A stretch of DNA of 64,000 bases from Octopus sinensis (Eukaryota), in contig NC_043013.1 of assembly GCF_006345805.1 (NCBI RefSeq), positions 5,704,001 through 5,768,000 of the forward strand, written 5' to 3'. This document shows positions 38,607 through 50,515 of this stretch, piece after piece. A model generated the notes under the pieces. The model worked only from the letters and a program-made list of their open reading frames with translations, was not told the origin of the DNA and did no database searches. Numbering within the stretch: position 1 is the stretch's first letter; each line of letters begins with the position of its first letter. A program made the position numbers and the translations under genes.

Positions 38607-39070
38607 CTGTAAAGTAGGTAAACATAGACAAATTAATATGCACACACACGAGTACTAGCAGAAGATTTGAGGAACCGCTTCAACTATTACTATTGCTAAG
38701 GAATTAACAAAAAGATTGTCCACAGTTAAAATCTGATTGTAATCCATCCATCCATCTACTCTGCTTGCTTTACCTGGGAGGGTCTGGGGATAAAGTCCTC
38801 AGGGACCTTCATCATAGGGTCCTACCATAAGCAACTGTCATTACAGTTTGTTTGAATTCCCAGCATGACCAACCAAGACTAATGGATATTATCTGACCAA
38901 TTTCTCATTTGTATGATCTGGAAGCACCAGCTCAGACTGCTTGGCCATGTTGCTCGATTTTCTGAGTTAGATCCTCCTTACCATGATGTTCCCTTCACTG
39001 AGGATCCAGCTGGGCTGATGGCTTGTTCTGGTTGACCTCATGCCACAGGGTCATGGCAGAGGAGGAGCAG

Positions 39071-39295
39071 GTATGAGTGGAAGCTGAAAAGTTCTTGACT
39101 TTAGGGGTTTTGTGAAAGGCCCTAGTTGGGGGCCCAACCTTCCAAGTTCTTTTACTGGGCTGAGAAAAACTGAAGGACCGCTGCAGTAAGTGTGTGAATC
39201 TGAGAGGGTGGGGTACATGAAATAAAATCGTAATTAACTGATCCTCCTGTATTTTCTTTTACCCAAAGCCAGAAACTTTTCAGCACCCCTTTGTA
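39071..39295. mobile_element. Mariner-derived MITE
   Basis: TIRs gagtggaagctgaaaagttc / aacttttcagcacccct with TA flanks. Confidence 0.6.
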
Positions 39296-39839
39296 TCTTG
39301 TGGAGATGGGGGACTAACTAGGACTCTGTTTGTTGGGTCACCTAGGTGGACCTGGTAATGTACCTACCAATGGTAAAAACAACAAAGTGCTGCAGTGGTG
39401 TATACCCCACTACACATCTGACCTGACTGTCTTGGTTTTGATCTACCTCTAGGTCTCCTTCAGATTGGTTTGGCTTGAGCAATCTCTTTGGTGGTTCTTT
39501 CCTGTGGCATACAAATTACAATGACCCCTTCAACTGAGTTATGACAAGTGTACCACTTGATTCAATCAAGGGATCAGTCTGCTCATGAAATTAATGTGCA
39601 AGTGGCTGAGTACTCCACAGACATGCATGCCCTTAACATAGTTCTCAGGGAGATTCAATGTCACACAGAATGTGACAAAGGCTGGTCCTTTCGAATTACT
39701 GGTAAAGCTCCTTTTTACCAGTTGAGTGAATTGGAGTGATGTGGAATGAAGTGACTTGCACAATGTGATGCCAGGAATTGAACCCTCTACCTTATGAATG
39801 GGCAGTTTGGGCAGTTTGAACAGGGTTGTTAAACTGAAT

Positions 39840-40300
39840 GGCTGCACCAGGAATATAGCATCAGTCGTGCTCCTGCCTGGCATTTCATCTACATTAACTC
39901 ACTCTATAATTAATTGAGCTATGACCCTTTCTGTGACTTTCATCACCTGGTCCAGCAGTTTGATGTCTCTGTAATTATTCCTGTCTAAGGTGTCACCTTT
40001 GCAGTTGATTGTAATATTGCTACACCAATCATTGGGCATGACTCTCTCACGGACAACCTCATTAACTAAGCCATATCCTATTCCACCAGATATTTGAAGC
40101 ATCTCAGTGGAGATTCCTGATGGACCGGGGCTTTCCCTGTCTTCATGTCCTTAATTGTATTATCTGCTAAGCTACTGTCAATTCGGATAGCTGGTCCCTC
40201 AGTTGGGTCAACATTTGGCAGACCTTCCTTCTCCTATTCATTCTCCATGTTTGGAAGCCTTTCATAATGGCATTTCCAACCAAGCCTCTTTCTTTGCAGA
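39840..40300 (-). mobile_element. Degenerate RTE reverse transcriptase fragment
   Basis: PNDWCS...NYRDIKLLDQVMKVTERVI and MPGRSTTDAIFLV; same family as 50516-53329; another fragment at ~10900-11030. Confidence 0.85.
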
Positions 40301-40360
40301 ATCATAAAATTCTACAATTTTATTGCCAATACCTCAATAATAATAATAATAATAATAATA

Positions 40361-40391
<31 letters not shown>

Positions 40392-40784
40392 TTATTTCTT
40401 TATTGCCCATAAGGGGCTAAAATAAAGACAGGCAAAGGGATTAAGTCGATTACATTGACCCCAATGTGTAAGTGGTACTTATTTAATCGACCCCAATAGG
40501 ATAAAAGGCAAAGTCAACCTCAATGGAATTTGAACTCAGAACATAAAGACAGTCGAAATACTGCTAATGATAATAATAATAAAAATAAGAGGGGCCCACC
40601 TCCAAGGTCATGCACTGCTTATCTTGATATGAGATCACAATGTTATGCACATATAGTTGTGATGCATGTGCCAGGTGTACCCTTATCAGATGTGTAGTCA
40701 TGATAGGTGTACTGGGCTTTGTATATTTTACTCCAAAGTCACTTTGATGGCATGCACTGCTCTCTCACTCAATAATAATAATAT

Positions 40785-41950
40785 TCCAAAAATCTCATTG
40801 AAGTAATAAATTCAAGAGCCGTACTCTTAATCAGATATAGAGTTGGAATTATAGAAGACCAGAAACGAAATAAAGAAACTTGACAGGAAAACTAGCAAGT
40901 TGTTGATGATGTATTGAGCCTACCATCCGAAATCTGATATCAACAGGCTATACTTGAGGAGAGGCCAGGGTGGAAGAGGCTTAATAACAGTAGAAGAATA
41001 TGTACAGGTGTTAAGAAAGAACAGGTGATGAAGAGCGTAATAGGAGAAAAGGAGAAGAACGAATACAAAGAGAGCAAGTCCGAAAGATTGAAGAGAGACT
41101 TCTGGATGGCCAATTTTGGAGAGTCACTGAAGACATATGTGGAACAAAATCCTGGGCTTCATTAAAAAAAGGGACAATTATAAAAAGAAACAGAGAGCCT
41201 AATTGTAGCAACCCAAGATCAAGCGATAAAAACAAACAACTTGCGAAAAAATATATATGGAGAGAATATGTCAGAAAAATGTAGAGCCTGTGGAACTTGG
41301 AATGAGACAGTGGCACACACATTGTGGCAGAATGCTCCAAGTTGCTATGGGAAGAATATAAGAAATAGAAGCATGACCAGGTTGCAAAAGTTTTACACAG
41401 GAAACTGTGCCAGAAATGGTGATTTGAAGCTGGAAACACATGGTAGAATCACCAATTTGAAGGAGCACTAGAATCGGAGATATGTAAGATTTTGTGGGAC
41501 TTTGCTATTCAGACGCACAAGAAATTAGAAAATAATAGACCAGATATAACAAGTGTAGATAAGGAAAAGCAAAGTTGCTTACTTATCGACCCATCAGGCC
41601 CGTTTGATTCCAGGATCATAAAGTGGAAGGAAAAAAAAATAGTCTCTTAAAATTTGGAATTGGAAGAATTTGGAAGATATGAAGAGTAAAGGTTGTGCCT
41701 ATAATAATTGGTGCACTGGGAACAGTAAACCAAGATATAAATAAATGGCTGAAGGAAATTGAAATAGAATGTTCGGAAGAGCTCCTAGAGAAAGTCTGTC
41801 TGTTGGGACAGCAAGGATTATCAGGAGGATCCTAAGCACTTGAAAGACTGCTCAAAACTTGTGGATACCCAAGGTTATAGGTAGTAACTTGCTATCCACA
41901 TAATCCCAACCAGGAATAAGACTGAACCTGAGACAAACGATAATTATAAT
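40785..41950 (+). mobile_element. Dong/R4-clade LINE 3' portion with CCHC knuckle and restriction-like endonuclease
   Basis: HPKSDINRLYLRRGQGGRGL, TQDQAIKTN, CRACGTWNETVAH..C, ILWDFAIQT, NRPDI, VPIIIGALG; frameshifted; TAA-repeat flanks. Confidence 0.85.
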
Positions 41951-42583
41951 TGCTTTGATGCCAAACCAGGCAGTGGCTCTCATGGCTTCTGATCTTCTCT
42001 GATTGAGAGTATTAACAAATGCATGTTTTGTCTTGGTGTAAAAGATGGGCTACAACAAATATTCTACTCAATACCACAAATTTGCTTGTAAGTTGCTTGA
42101 CCATAACTGGTTGGACATGTCCGTTGGTGGCTGACGATATGTGCATCTCTGATCATGAGCAGAAGTAGTGGGGAGCATCATAGCCATATGTTGAGAGAAA
42201 TTCTTTGGAGTCTGAATAATTCATATCTGGAAATATGGGTGTTTTATTCATCATCATTAAACAACTCTTATTCAGGGATTTTCTAACTAGCCCCCACCTG
42301 CAAAATTATGCACTTTTTATCTAGATATGAGGGTCAGCATGTCACACACATATGGCTGTGATTGGATGGATAGTCATGATGGGTATATTGGGCTTTGTTA
42401 TATTTGTACCTTAGTGTCAATTTTCTGGCATAAGCTGTTCTCTCACTTAATAATAATGCATTGGTTTGGAGGGAATATCTTGCAAGCTTCCTGTGTTGGT
42501 GAATATATGCTGTAATTAGGTTTAAAAACATACTAGTGGTCAGGTAATCTGCATCTAAACCAGTAAACCCACTGGGCATGTTT

Positions 42584-42897
42584 GGTGAGCAGGGTGGTAG
42601 TTGGACACCCTGAATTCCTTGGTGAGGAGGCAGGTAATTGGACACTCTGGACACTTTGATGAGCAGGGTGGTAATTGGATGTCCCGAACACCATGGTGAG
42701 CAGGGTGGTAGTTGGATACCCTGAACACCTTGGTGAGGAGGGTGGTAATGGACACCCTGGACACTTTGTTCAGAAGGGTGGTAGATGGACACCCAAGACA
42801 CTTTGGTGAGCAAGATGGTAGTTGGATACCTTGTTGTGGAGGGTGGTAGTTGGACACCCTGGACACCTTGGTGAGGCAGGTGGTAGTTGGATACCTT
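42584..42897. repeat. 37-bp minisatellite, about 9 diverged copies
   Basis: Consensus ggtgagcagggtggtagttggacaccctgaacacctt. Confidence 0.85.
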
Positions 42898-43434
42898 GCA
42901 GGAAGAAAGAGAAGACCCATCAAAGGATGGATGAATTCATGGGAGTCAATGGCCATCCAACTGAGTGTATATGAGGGTAGGTGTGGACTCTGAACCTTGG
43001 TCAGAAACCCAATTAGTGATGGTGTCATGATAAGAATACTGGTGATTGTACAACCTTATAAATGCTACCTCCCAATGAGTGATGTCAAATTCAAGTTACA
43101 ATCACAACTGCACGAATGGGACTGGAACTGTGAAGAGGGAAGGTGTTGCACACATGGCAGGCAAGGATCAAGCTCCAGCAGGTTGTCATCAAGCCATTGA
43201 TGAGGACCAGAATCAAAGTCAAAAGTGCAGAAAGAGCAAAATGTAACAGGGGAAAGAGATAAACAAGACTTAAGATTAAATGATGGCTTTGAAGTAACCC
43301 AAGTAAAAAAAGGGTTTCATGTAATGAATGAAAGGAAAAAATGGGATAAAAAGGGAGTCTTTGAAGCTTCTGCCCAGCAATTGATGGAGCAAACAAGGGC
43401 AATTCATATAAGTGCTTTGATTGCAGGGTTGGAG

Positions 43435-43713
43435 GTATGGGAAATTACCACCTGTGTCATCTCTTGTGAAAGGTAGGAGAGTCCAGTTTGCTGGACATTG
43501 TTGTAGAGCTGAAAAAGAAGTAATTTCTACTCTTCTCCTCTGGAAGCCATCTACTGACAATACCAGAGGGCGCACACTCTCCTACCCTGATGTAATCTCC
43601 AGGGATGCAGGCATCCAGCAACAGGACCTCCGTAATGCTATGATGGACCGTGAAGTCTGGCGTAACATAGTAAATTCCATTGTCTCGACCACGGTCGAAC
43701 AATGATGATGATG
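43435..43713 (+). mobile_element. RTE-like LINE 3' end with (TGA)n tail
   Basis: RRVQFAGHCCRA...LLWKP...MMDREVWRNIV then tgatgatgatg. Confidence 0.75.
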
Positions 43714-43997
43714 GAGAAATTTGGAGAAGAATTAAAATGAACAAGAAGAGTGTGAAACAACAGTGGCAGAAAACGGTAACGAAGGGGGTAAGAGATAAAG
43801 ACAATGAAAAACAAGGAAATCATTATATGCCTGAGAAGGTTGATGAAGTAGATAGAGAAGATGATCTGGTTGGACAAGAGAGAGTAAATGTTGCACATGA
43901 CTTGAATGGTAAAGAGGAGTTTTATAGAAATATTGCAAGGTGTGATGATGGGAGCAATGAAGTACCATCAAATGTTAAATATGTAATGGTAGAAATT

Positions 43998-44145
43998 AAT
44001 TGGAATAAACTGCCTGAGTCAGTTGTTGACTGCCATGACACTGCATCCTTTAAGGCCCTCATGCTTCCCGAAATCCGTCGAAACTACACCTGATTATATA
44101 TGCACTTTAGATGAGTTGTAGTGCACCTGAGCACTGTACACAATG

Positions 44146-44181
<36 letters not shown>

Positions 44182-44182
44182 T
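43998..44182 (+). mobile_element. CR1/L2-type LINE 3' end
   Basis: WNKLPESVVDCHDTASFK, short 3' UTR and (TTA)n tail. Confidence 0.7.
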
Positions 44183-44799
44183 TAATTGGTCAACAATGTT
44201 ATGATGATGTTGGTGGAGGCAGTTGGTGTGACGATAATAATTTGTTATTATGTTTGCATGTTGTAAGATGCGAGAGAACAAAGTGCATGAAGTTTTAAGG
44301 AAATATTTATTTACCATTACGTTACAATACCTCACCTCGACGGGCAGGTTATGTTAAATCCAAAAGCATGCGAAAGTTAGATGCGGTAGAATGTTTGAGC
44401 TTGGGTTCTCTTCATTGTTTAGTAGTACATACAGAGAGAGATAGAATGATGTTGTAAGAGAACAGAATTAGAGCTAGTGAGAGCTGAAGGGTTGTGGGAC
44501 ATTGCTGACAGTAAACTTCATCTCTCCCTCTGACCAATGTTTTAGCTGGTCAGCCAGACTTCGTTGAGTCCTCACAACTGTGACAAACTTGGTTGAGTCA
44601 TCACCTGGCTGGTGACTAACTGATTATTGCTTGGGATGTGCTGGCTTACATAGCTATCTAGAAGGACAGATATATCGTTGAGAGCAATAGATTTAGTTGG
44701 TGTTCTTGTTGTCTCTATTCTAGCTTTTGGTGAAGTAGAAGAGGTCAGAAAGGGTCAAGTGGTGAAGACATTATTTCAGCCTAGCTAAAGGCATCTGGA

Positions 44800-46440
44800 A
44801 GATGTAAAACTGCTGTCAGAGAAAAATCACTGTTCCATCGTGGGAAAAGTTCTGTAGCAGTGTTAATTTAAATTTGGCTATGGTGGATCGAATCCACTTC
44901 ATGCATGGAAGATTCGCTATAAATATATGGACAGGGGAAAGGTAAAGAGAGCCATAGGAAAAATAAACGACATTTTGAGTTTGGTTAAAATAGTGAATAT
45001 TAGTGAGAGAAACAAGCTCATTGTTGCTGTTGCTAATGTTGTAGCTGACATAATAGAATACAAGTGAAAGACTGTTGAAGAAAAGAAGGGGAATGAAGAG
45101 AACGAACCAAACTGGAGGAAGAGAATATGAATGAAGTTGGAAAAGACACAGAAAGAACTGCGACAACTGAATAGGATAATGAGAGGAGAGCTGGAGAATG
45201 AGAGGAGAGCTGGAGAATGAGAGGAGAGCTGAAGAATGAGAGGAGAGTTGAAGAATGAGAGGAGAGCTGGAGAATGAGAGGAGAGCTGGAGAATGAGAGG
45301 AGAGCTGGAGAATGAGAGGAGAGCTGCAGAATGAGAGGAGAGCTGAAGAATGAGAGGAGAGCTGGAGAATGAGAGGAGAGCTGGAGAATGAGAGGAGAGC
45401 TGAAGAATGAGAGGAGAGCTGAAGAATGAGAGGAGAGCTGGAGAATGAGAGGAGAGCTGGAGAATGAGAGGAGAGCTGAAGAATGAGAGGAGAGCTGGAG
45501 AATGAGAGGAGAGCTGAAGAATGAGAGGAGAGCTGGAGAATGAGAGGAGAGCTGAAGAATGAGAGGAGAGCTGGAGAATGAGAGAAGAGCTGAAGAATGA
45601 GAGGAGAGCTGGAGAATGAGAGGAGAGCTGGAGAATGAGAGGAGAGCTGAAGAATGAGAGGAGAGCTGGAGAATGAGAGGAGAGCTGGAGAATGAGAGGA
45701 GAGCTGGAGAATGAGAGGAGAGCTGAAGAATGAGAGGAGAGCTGGAGAATGAGAGGAGAGCTGGAGAATGAGAGGAGAGCTGAGAGATGAGAGGAGAGCT
45801 GGAGAATAGAGGAGAGCTGAAGAATGAGAGGAGAGCTGAAGAATGAGAGGAGAGGTGAAAATGAGAGGAGATCTGGGAATGAGAGGAGAGCTGAAGAATG
45901 AGAGGAGAGCTGAAGAATGAGAGGAGAGCTGGAGAATGAGAGGAGAGCTGGAGAATGAGAGGAGAGCTGAAGAATGAGAGGAGATCTGGGAATGAGAGAG
46001 AGCTGAGAATAGAGGGAGAGCTGGAGAATGAGAGGAGAGCTGGAGAATGAGAGGAGAGCTGGAGAATGAGAGGAGAGCTGAAGAATGAGAGGAGAGCTCA
46101 AGAATGAGAGGAGAGCTCAAGAATGAGGTTGTAATCAGAAAATTGAATAGACAGGTTAGAAGAAAAGGGAAAACAAACAGTACACAAAGAATTGCCAGAA
46201 AGGGTGTCAGCATTAAAGGCCAAACTGAAAAGACATGATGCTAGATGCAAAGGTTTTGAACAGAACAGATTGTTTCTGTTAAATAGAAGATGTTTTTGAG
46301 GATATAGAAGGAGAGCAAACATCAGGAACTGATTCCTGATACAGAAGAAAAGTAAAGTTGTTTTGGGGAGAACTTTTTGGAACAGGTCAGTTCAGACAAT
46401 AAAGTGCAAATTGGCTAAAACTGGTGAAGAGACAACTTGC
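44800..46440 (+). mobile_element. Dong/R4-clade LINE N-terminal relic split by a minisatellite
   Basis: EPNWRKRI before the array; VSALKAKLKRHDARCKGFEQNRLF, FWGEL and ANWLK after it. Confidence 0.65.
45178..46127. repeat. 19-bp minisatellite, about 50 copies
   Basis: Unit aatgagaggagagctg(g/a)ag; explains the 19-aa-periodic minus-strand ORFs. Confidence 0.95.
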
Positions 46441-47403
46441 AAGAAGAAGAAGAAGAAGAAGAAGGTGGAGGAGGTAAGAAAAAGGAGAAGGAAAGAAGAA
46501 AAAGGAGGAAAAAGGTGAAAAAGAAGGAAAGAAGAAGGTAAAGAAGAAGAAGGTGAAAAAGGTGAAGAAGAAGAAGAAGGTGGAGGAGGAGGTAAGAAAA
46601 AGGAGAAGGAAAGAAGAAAAAGGAGGAAAAAAGGTGAAAAAGAAGGAAAGAAGAAGGTAAAGAAGAAGAAGGTGAAAAAGGTGAAGAAGAAGAAGAAGAA
46701 GGTGAAAAAGGTGAAGAAGAAGAAGAAGAAGGTGAAGAAGAAGAAGAAGAAGGTGAAGAAGAAGAAGAAGCAGGTGGAGGAGGAGGTAAGAAAAAGGAGA
46801 AGGAAAGAAGAAAAAGGAGGAAAAAAGGTGAAAAAGAAGGAAAGAAGAAGGTAAAGAAGAAGGTGAAAAAGGTGAAGAAGAAGAAGGTGGAGGAGGAGGT
46901 AGAAAAGAAAAAGGAGGAAAAAAGGTGAAAAAAAGAAGGTAAAGAAGAAGGTGAAAAAGAAGGAAAGAAGAAGGTGAAGAAAAAGAAGAAGGTGGAGGAG
47001 GAGGTAAGAAAAAGGAGGAAAGAAGAAGGTGAAAAAGAAGGAAAGAAGAAGGTGAAGAAAAAGAAGGTGAAGAAGAAGTGGAGGAGGTAAGAAAAAGGAG
47101 AAGGAAAGAAGAAAAAGGAGGAAAAAAGGTGAAAAAGAAGAAAGAAGAAGGTAAAGAAGAAGGTGAAAAAGGTGAAGAAGAAGAAGAAGAAGGTGAAGAA
47201 GAAGAAGAAGAAGAAGGTGGAGGAGGAGGTAAGAAAAAGGAGGAAAAAAGGTGAAAAAGAAGGAAAGAAGAAGGTAAAGTGAAAAAAGTGAAGAAGAAGA
47301 AGTAGGTGGAGGAGGAGGTAAGAAAAAGGAGAAGGAAAGAAGAAAAAGGAGGAAAAAGGTAAAGAAGAAGAAGGTGAAGAAAAAGGTGAAGAAGAAGAAG
47401 AAG
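46441..47403. repeat. ~960-bp GAA/GGA-rich polypurine tract
   Basis: Almost only A/G, with ggt interruptions and recurring sub-blocks. Confidence 0.95.
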
Positions 47404-47414
47404 TTTTGTCTTAC

Positions 47415-47460
47415 CTGCTGAAGCCAGAATGAGAAGAAGGAAAGTTAAGACGACAGCCAT
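47415..47460 (-). CDS. Ly6/uPAR protein, signal-peptide exon (whole exon 47554-47415)
   Basis: Polypyrimidine acceptor ...cttttctacccaacttcag|, aaccATGG context, MAVVLTFLLLILASA, G|gtaaga phase-1 donor. Confidence 0.85.
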
Positions 47461-47991
47461 GGTTAACGGTATATGCCAGAGTCTCTTGATGTTGTTGGTG
47501 GTCAGAATTTGAATAAAAATTTGTTCTCCTGACAGAACGCTGACCCTGCTTTAACTGAAGTTGGGTAGAAAAGACAAACAGGAAAGCAGAAACAAGTTAG
47601 CTTTTTTTGTTTAAAAAAAGATTTTATTTGTATTTTGGACAACTGCTGTGTCAATAGAGACTAAGAAATCCAGTTGAGAGCAGCATTCCAACCTGTGCTT
47701 ACACACACCTGTCTAACTACTGTGTGAATAAGGTTTCTTAAGTGTGTTCTTGTTCTGCAGGCGTGGTTTGGTTTTGCTTTTGTTTTTCTTTGTTTATTTT
47801 TGCTATTCTCATTATTATTATTGTTGTTTTTCCTGTTGTTTCAAATCCAGTTGAGATGAATCAATAAAGATTTTCTGTCAAAGTAGGTGAACTTTTCAGA
47901 AAAAGGATTCTCATAAAAAGAATAAAATAAATGAAATATGTAGGAACCTAACTGTGTGTGTGTGTGTGTGCCTGTGTATATATATATATAT

Positions 47992-48286
47992 CACGTGATC
48001 ATGTGACCGACCAGACCATCAGATGTTGTTACACATCGCTGGTCACAATGCGTTCGCATTGTTTTAGTCTTCGAATGACGCCATCCCACTAGCTAAGCGA
48101 GCAGGCCAACAGAAGTAAGAGTGAGAGAAAGTTGTGGTGAAAGAGTACTGCAGGGATCATCACCCCCTGCCGGAGCCTCGTGGAGCTTTTAGGTGTTTTC
48201 ACTCAATAAACACACACAACGCCCGGTCTGGGAATCGAAACCGCGATCCTGCGACCGCGAGTCCGCTGCCCTAACCACTAGGCCAT
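47992..48286 (-). mobile_element. Young tRNA-derived SINE family C (OR-like)
   Basis: Head tggcctagtggttagggcagcggactcgcgg...ggtttcgattccc with CpGs retained; + strand copy at 49926-50185. Confidence 0.8.
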
Positions 48287-48725
48287 AAATTAAATTAGAG
48301 ATAAAACCACTATTAGGCAAATCAAACAGTGAAAAACATAAACCAAAATATAAAAATAAAAATAATTAATATAATATACAAAATATATAAAATATAAAAT
48401 TAAAAATTTAAATCATTTATTACTTTTTATCTTATATTAAACTTTTTAATACTTTTTGATAGTTATATATATATATATAAATAAAATATTAAAATTTATA
48501 AATATAAATTAATAATTTTAATTTTAAATAATTTAAATTTTTAAATTTTATATATTTTGTATATTATCATCATCATCATCATCATCATTTATTTTATTTT
48601 TATGTTTTTTACTGTTTGATTTGCCTAATAGTGGTTTTATCTCTAATTTAATTTATATTTATATCGTGAAATTAGATTTAATTCTAAATCTAATTTTTCC
48701 CTGTAAGTTTGAATTTACTCCCTTT
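48287..48725. repeat. AT-rich palindromic element (second family member)
   Basis: aaattaaattagagataaaaccactattaggcaaatcaaacagt is mirrored at 48610-48655; its unique end is homologous to 37780-37850. Confidence 0.75.
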
Positions 48726-48742
48726 TATTATTATATATATAT

Positions 48743-48971
48743 TTCTTTACTACCCACAAGGGGCTAGACACAGAGGGGACAAACAAGGACAGACAAAGGG
48801 ATTAAGTCGATTACATTGACCCCCAGTGCGTAACTGGTACTTAATTTATAGACCCCGAAAGGATGAAAGGCAAAGTTGACCTCGGTGGAATTTGAACTCG
48901 GAACGTAACGACAGACGGAATACGGCCACGCATTTCGTCCGGCGTGCTAACGGTTCTGCCAGCTCGCCGCC
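48743..48971 (-). mobile_element. Young full-length SINE family A
   Basis: ggcggcgagctggcagaaccgttagcacgccgg head with CpGs intact; nearly identical to 61438-61628. Confidence 0.85.
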
Positions 48972-48986
48972 TTATTATTATATATA

Positions 48987-49548
48987 TCTATATATATAAA
49001 ACTGTAGTTGTGTGAGTGTCTGTCTCCTACGATTTAGATTTCTAACTACTCCCACATTTTGTGGTGCAGTTTAACCAAATTCGGGTATCTTATAGTCGTG
49101 ATTCATATCGAGCCCGTCTGGGTATTAGCACACGTCTACGATGAGTCTACGATTTAAAAAATAATTTAACATCATTTTTTTCCATTTTAATGCATATTTT
49201 TTCATGTGTCGATGGCGGCGGAGTTGGCGTCCATGCTCGCACCTGCACCTGTATTGCTTCTCCCCCTTCTTTCCTCCCTCGTGAAGCTGTGGGGAAGGGA
49301 GTGTAAGGAAATCAACGTCGTAAAGCGTTGTCAAGGAGACCAGCGTTCTTTTAGAACAACGACTTCATGGCTTGAAGACACCAAAACAGAAAATGTCTAC
49401 GATGAGTCAACGATTTAAAGAAAAATTTACCATAATTTTTTTTCCATTTTTAATGCATTTTTTTGCTATTTTTTGGCTATAACTCTCTAAAAATGCTTAT
49501 ATAGTTATTTCCCTTACAAACCCGAGCAACGCCAGGCGATACTGCTAG
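48987..49548 (+). mobile_element. Non-autonomous Helitron
   Basis: a|TCtatatatataaa ... cccgagcaacgccaggcgatactgCTAG|t. Confidence 0.82.
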
Positions 49549-49569
49549 TATATATATATATATATATAG

Positions 49570-49906
49570 AGGAGGTGTAAAGGCCCAGCGGTTAGGGTAG
49601 CAGACTCGTGGTTGTAGGATCCTGATTTTGATTCCCTGACCGGGCGTTGTGAACTCAGCAGAAGCACCTAAAGCTCCACAACACTCCAGCAGGTGGTGGT
49701 GAACCTTGCTGTACTCTTTCCTCCTGATTCTGGTGTACCTGTATTTCAAAGGGCCAGTCTTGTCACACTCTGAATCTCCCCAAGAACTACAGTAAGGGTA
49801 CATGTGTCTGAGGAATGCTCAGCCACTTGCATGTTAATTTCATGAGCGGGCTGTTCCGTTGATTGGATCAACTAGAACACTCATTGTCGAAACTGACAGA
49901 GTGCCA
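49570..49906 (+). mobile_element. Chimeric SINE with family C head and family D tail
   Basis: 5' half aligns with 49926-50060; 3' half aligns with the reverse complement of 2295-2480. Confidence 0.7.
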
Positions 49907-50184
49907 TGATATATATATATATATATGGCCCAGTGGTTAGGGCAGCGGACTCGCGGTTTCGATTCCCAGACTGGGCGTTGTGAGTGTTTATTGAGCGAAA
50001 ACACCTAAAAGCTCCACAAGGCTCCGGCAGGGGATGGTGGTGATCCCTGCTGTACTCTTTCTCCCACTCTTTCTTCTGTTGGCCTGCTCGCTTAGCCTGC
50101 AGGGTGGCGTCAAAGGCTAAAACAATGCGAACGCATTGTGACCAGCGATGTGTAACAACACCTGATGGTCTGGTCGGTCACGTG

Positions 50185-50221
<37 letters not shown>

Positions 50222-50266
50222 ATAATATATATATATATATATAATAAACATATATATATCTCAGAT

Positions 50267-50297
<31 letters not shown>

Positions 50298-50430
50298 CAT
50301 ACATACACACACACACATATATATATATTTCAGATATATACATATATATATTTCAGCAGTGGTGCCCCAGCATGGCCGCAGCCTTTGGCCTGAAACATTT
50401 TTAAGGATTTAAGGATATATACATATATAT

Positions 50431-50484
<54 letters not shown>

Positions 50485-50515
50485 TTCAGATATACATATA
50501 TCTATTTCAGATATA

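Noticed and set aside
44816-46213. 465-aa and 394-aa Ser/Leu-rich ORFs
   Set aside because: Translations of the 19-bp minisatellite
46387-47414. 357-aa hydrophobic ORF
   Set aside because: Only the first 15 codons are exonic; the rest is read-through into the TTC tract past a canonical donor
48200-48290. tRNA genes
   Set aside because: tRNA-like A/B boxes are SINE heads that continue into SINE bodies; no complete cloverleaf was seen
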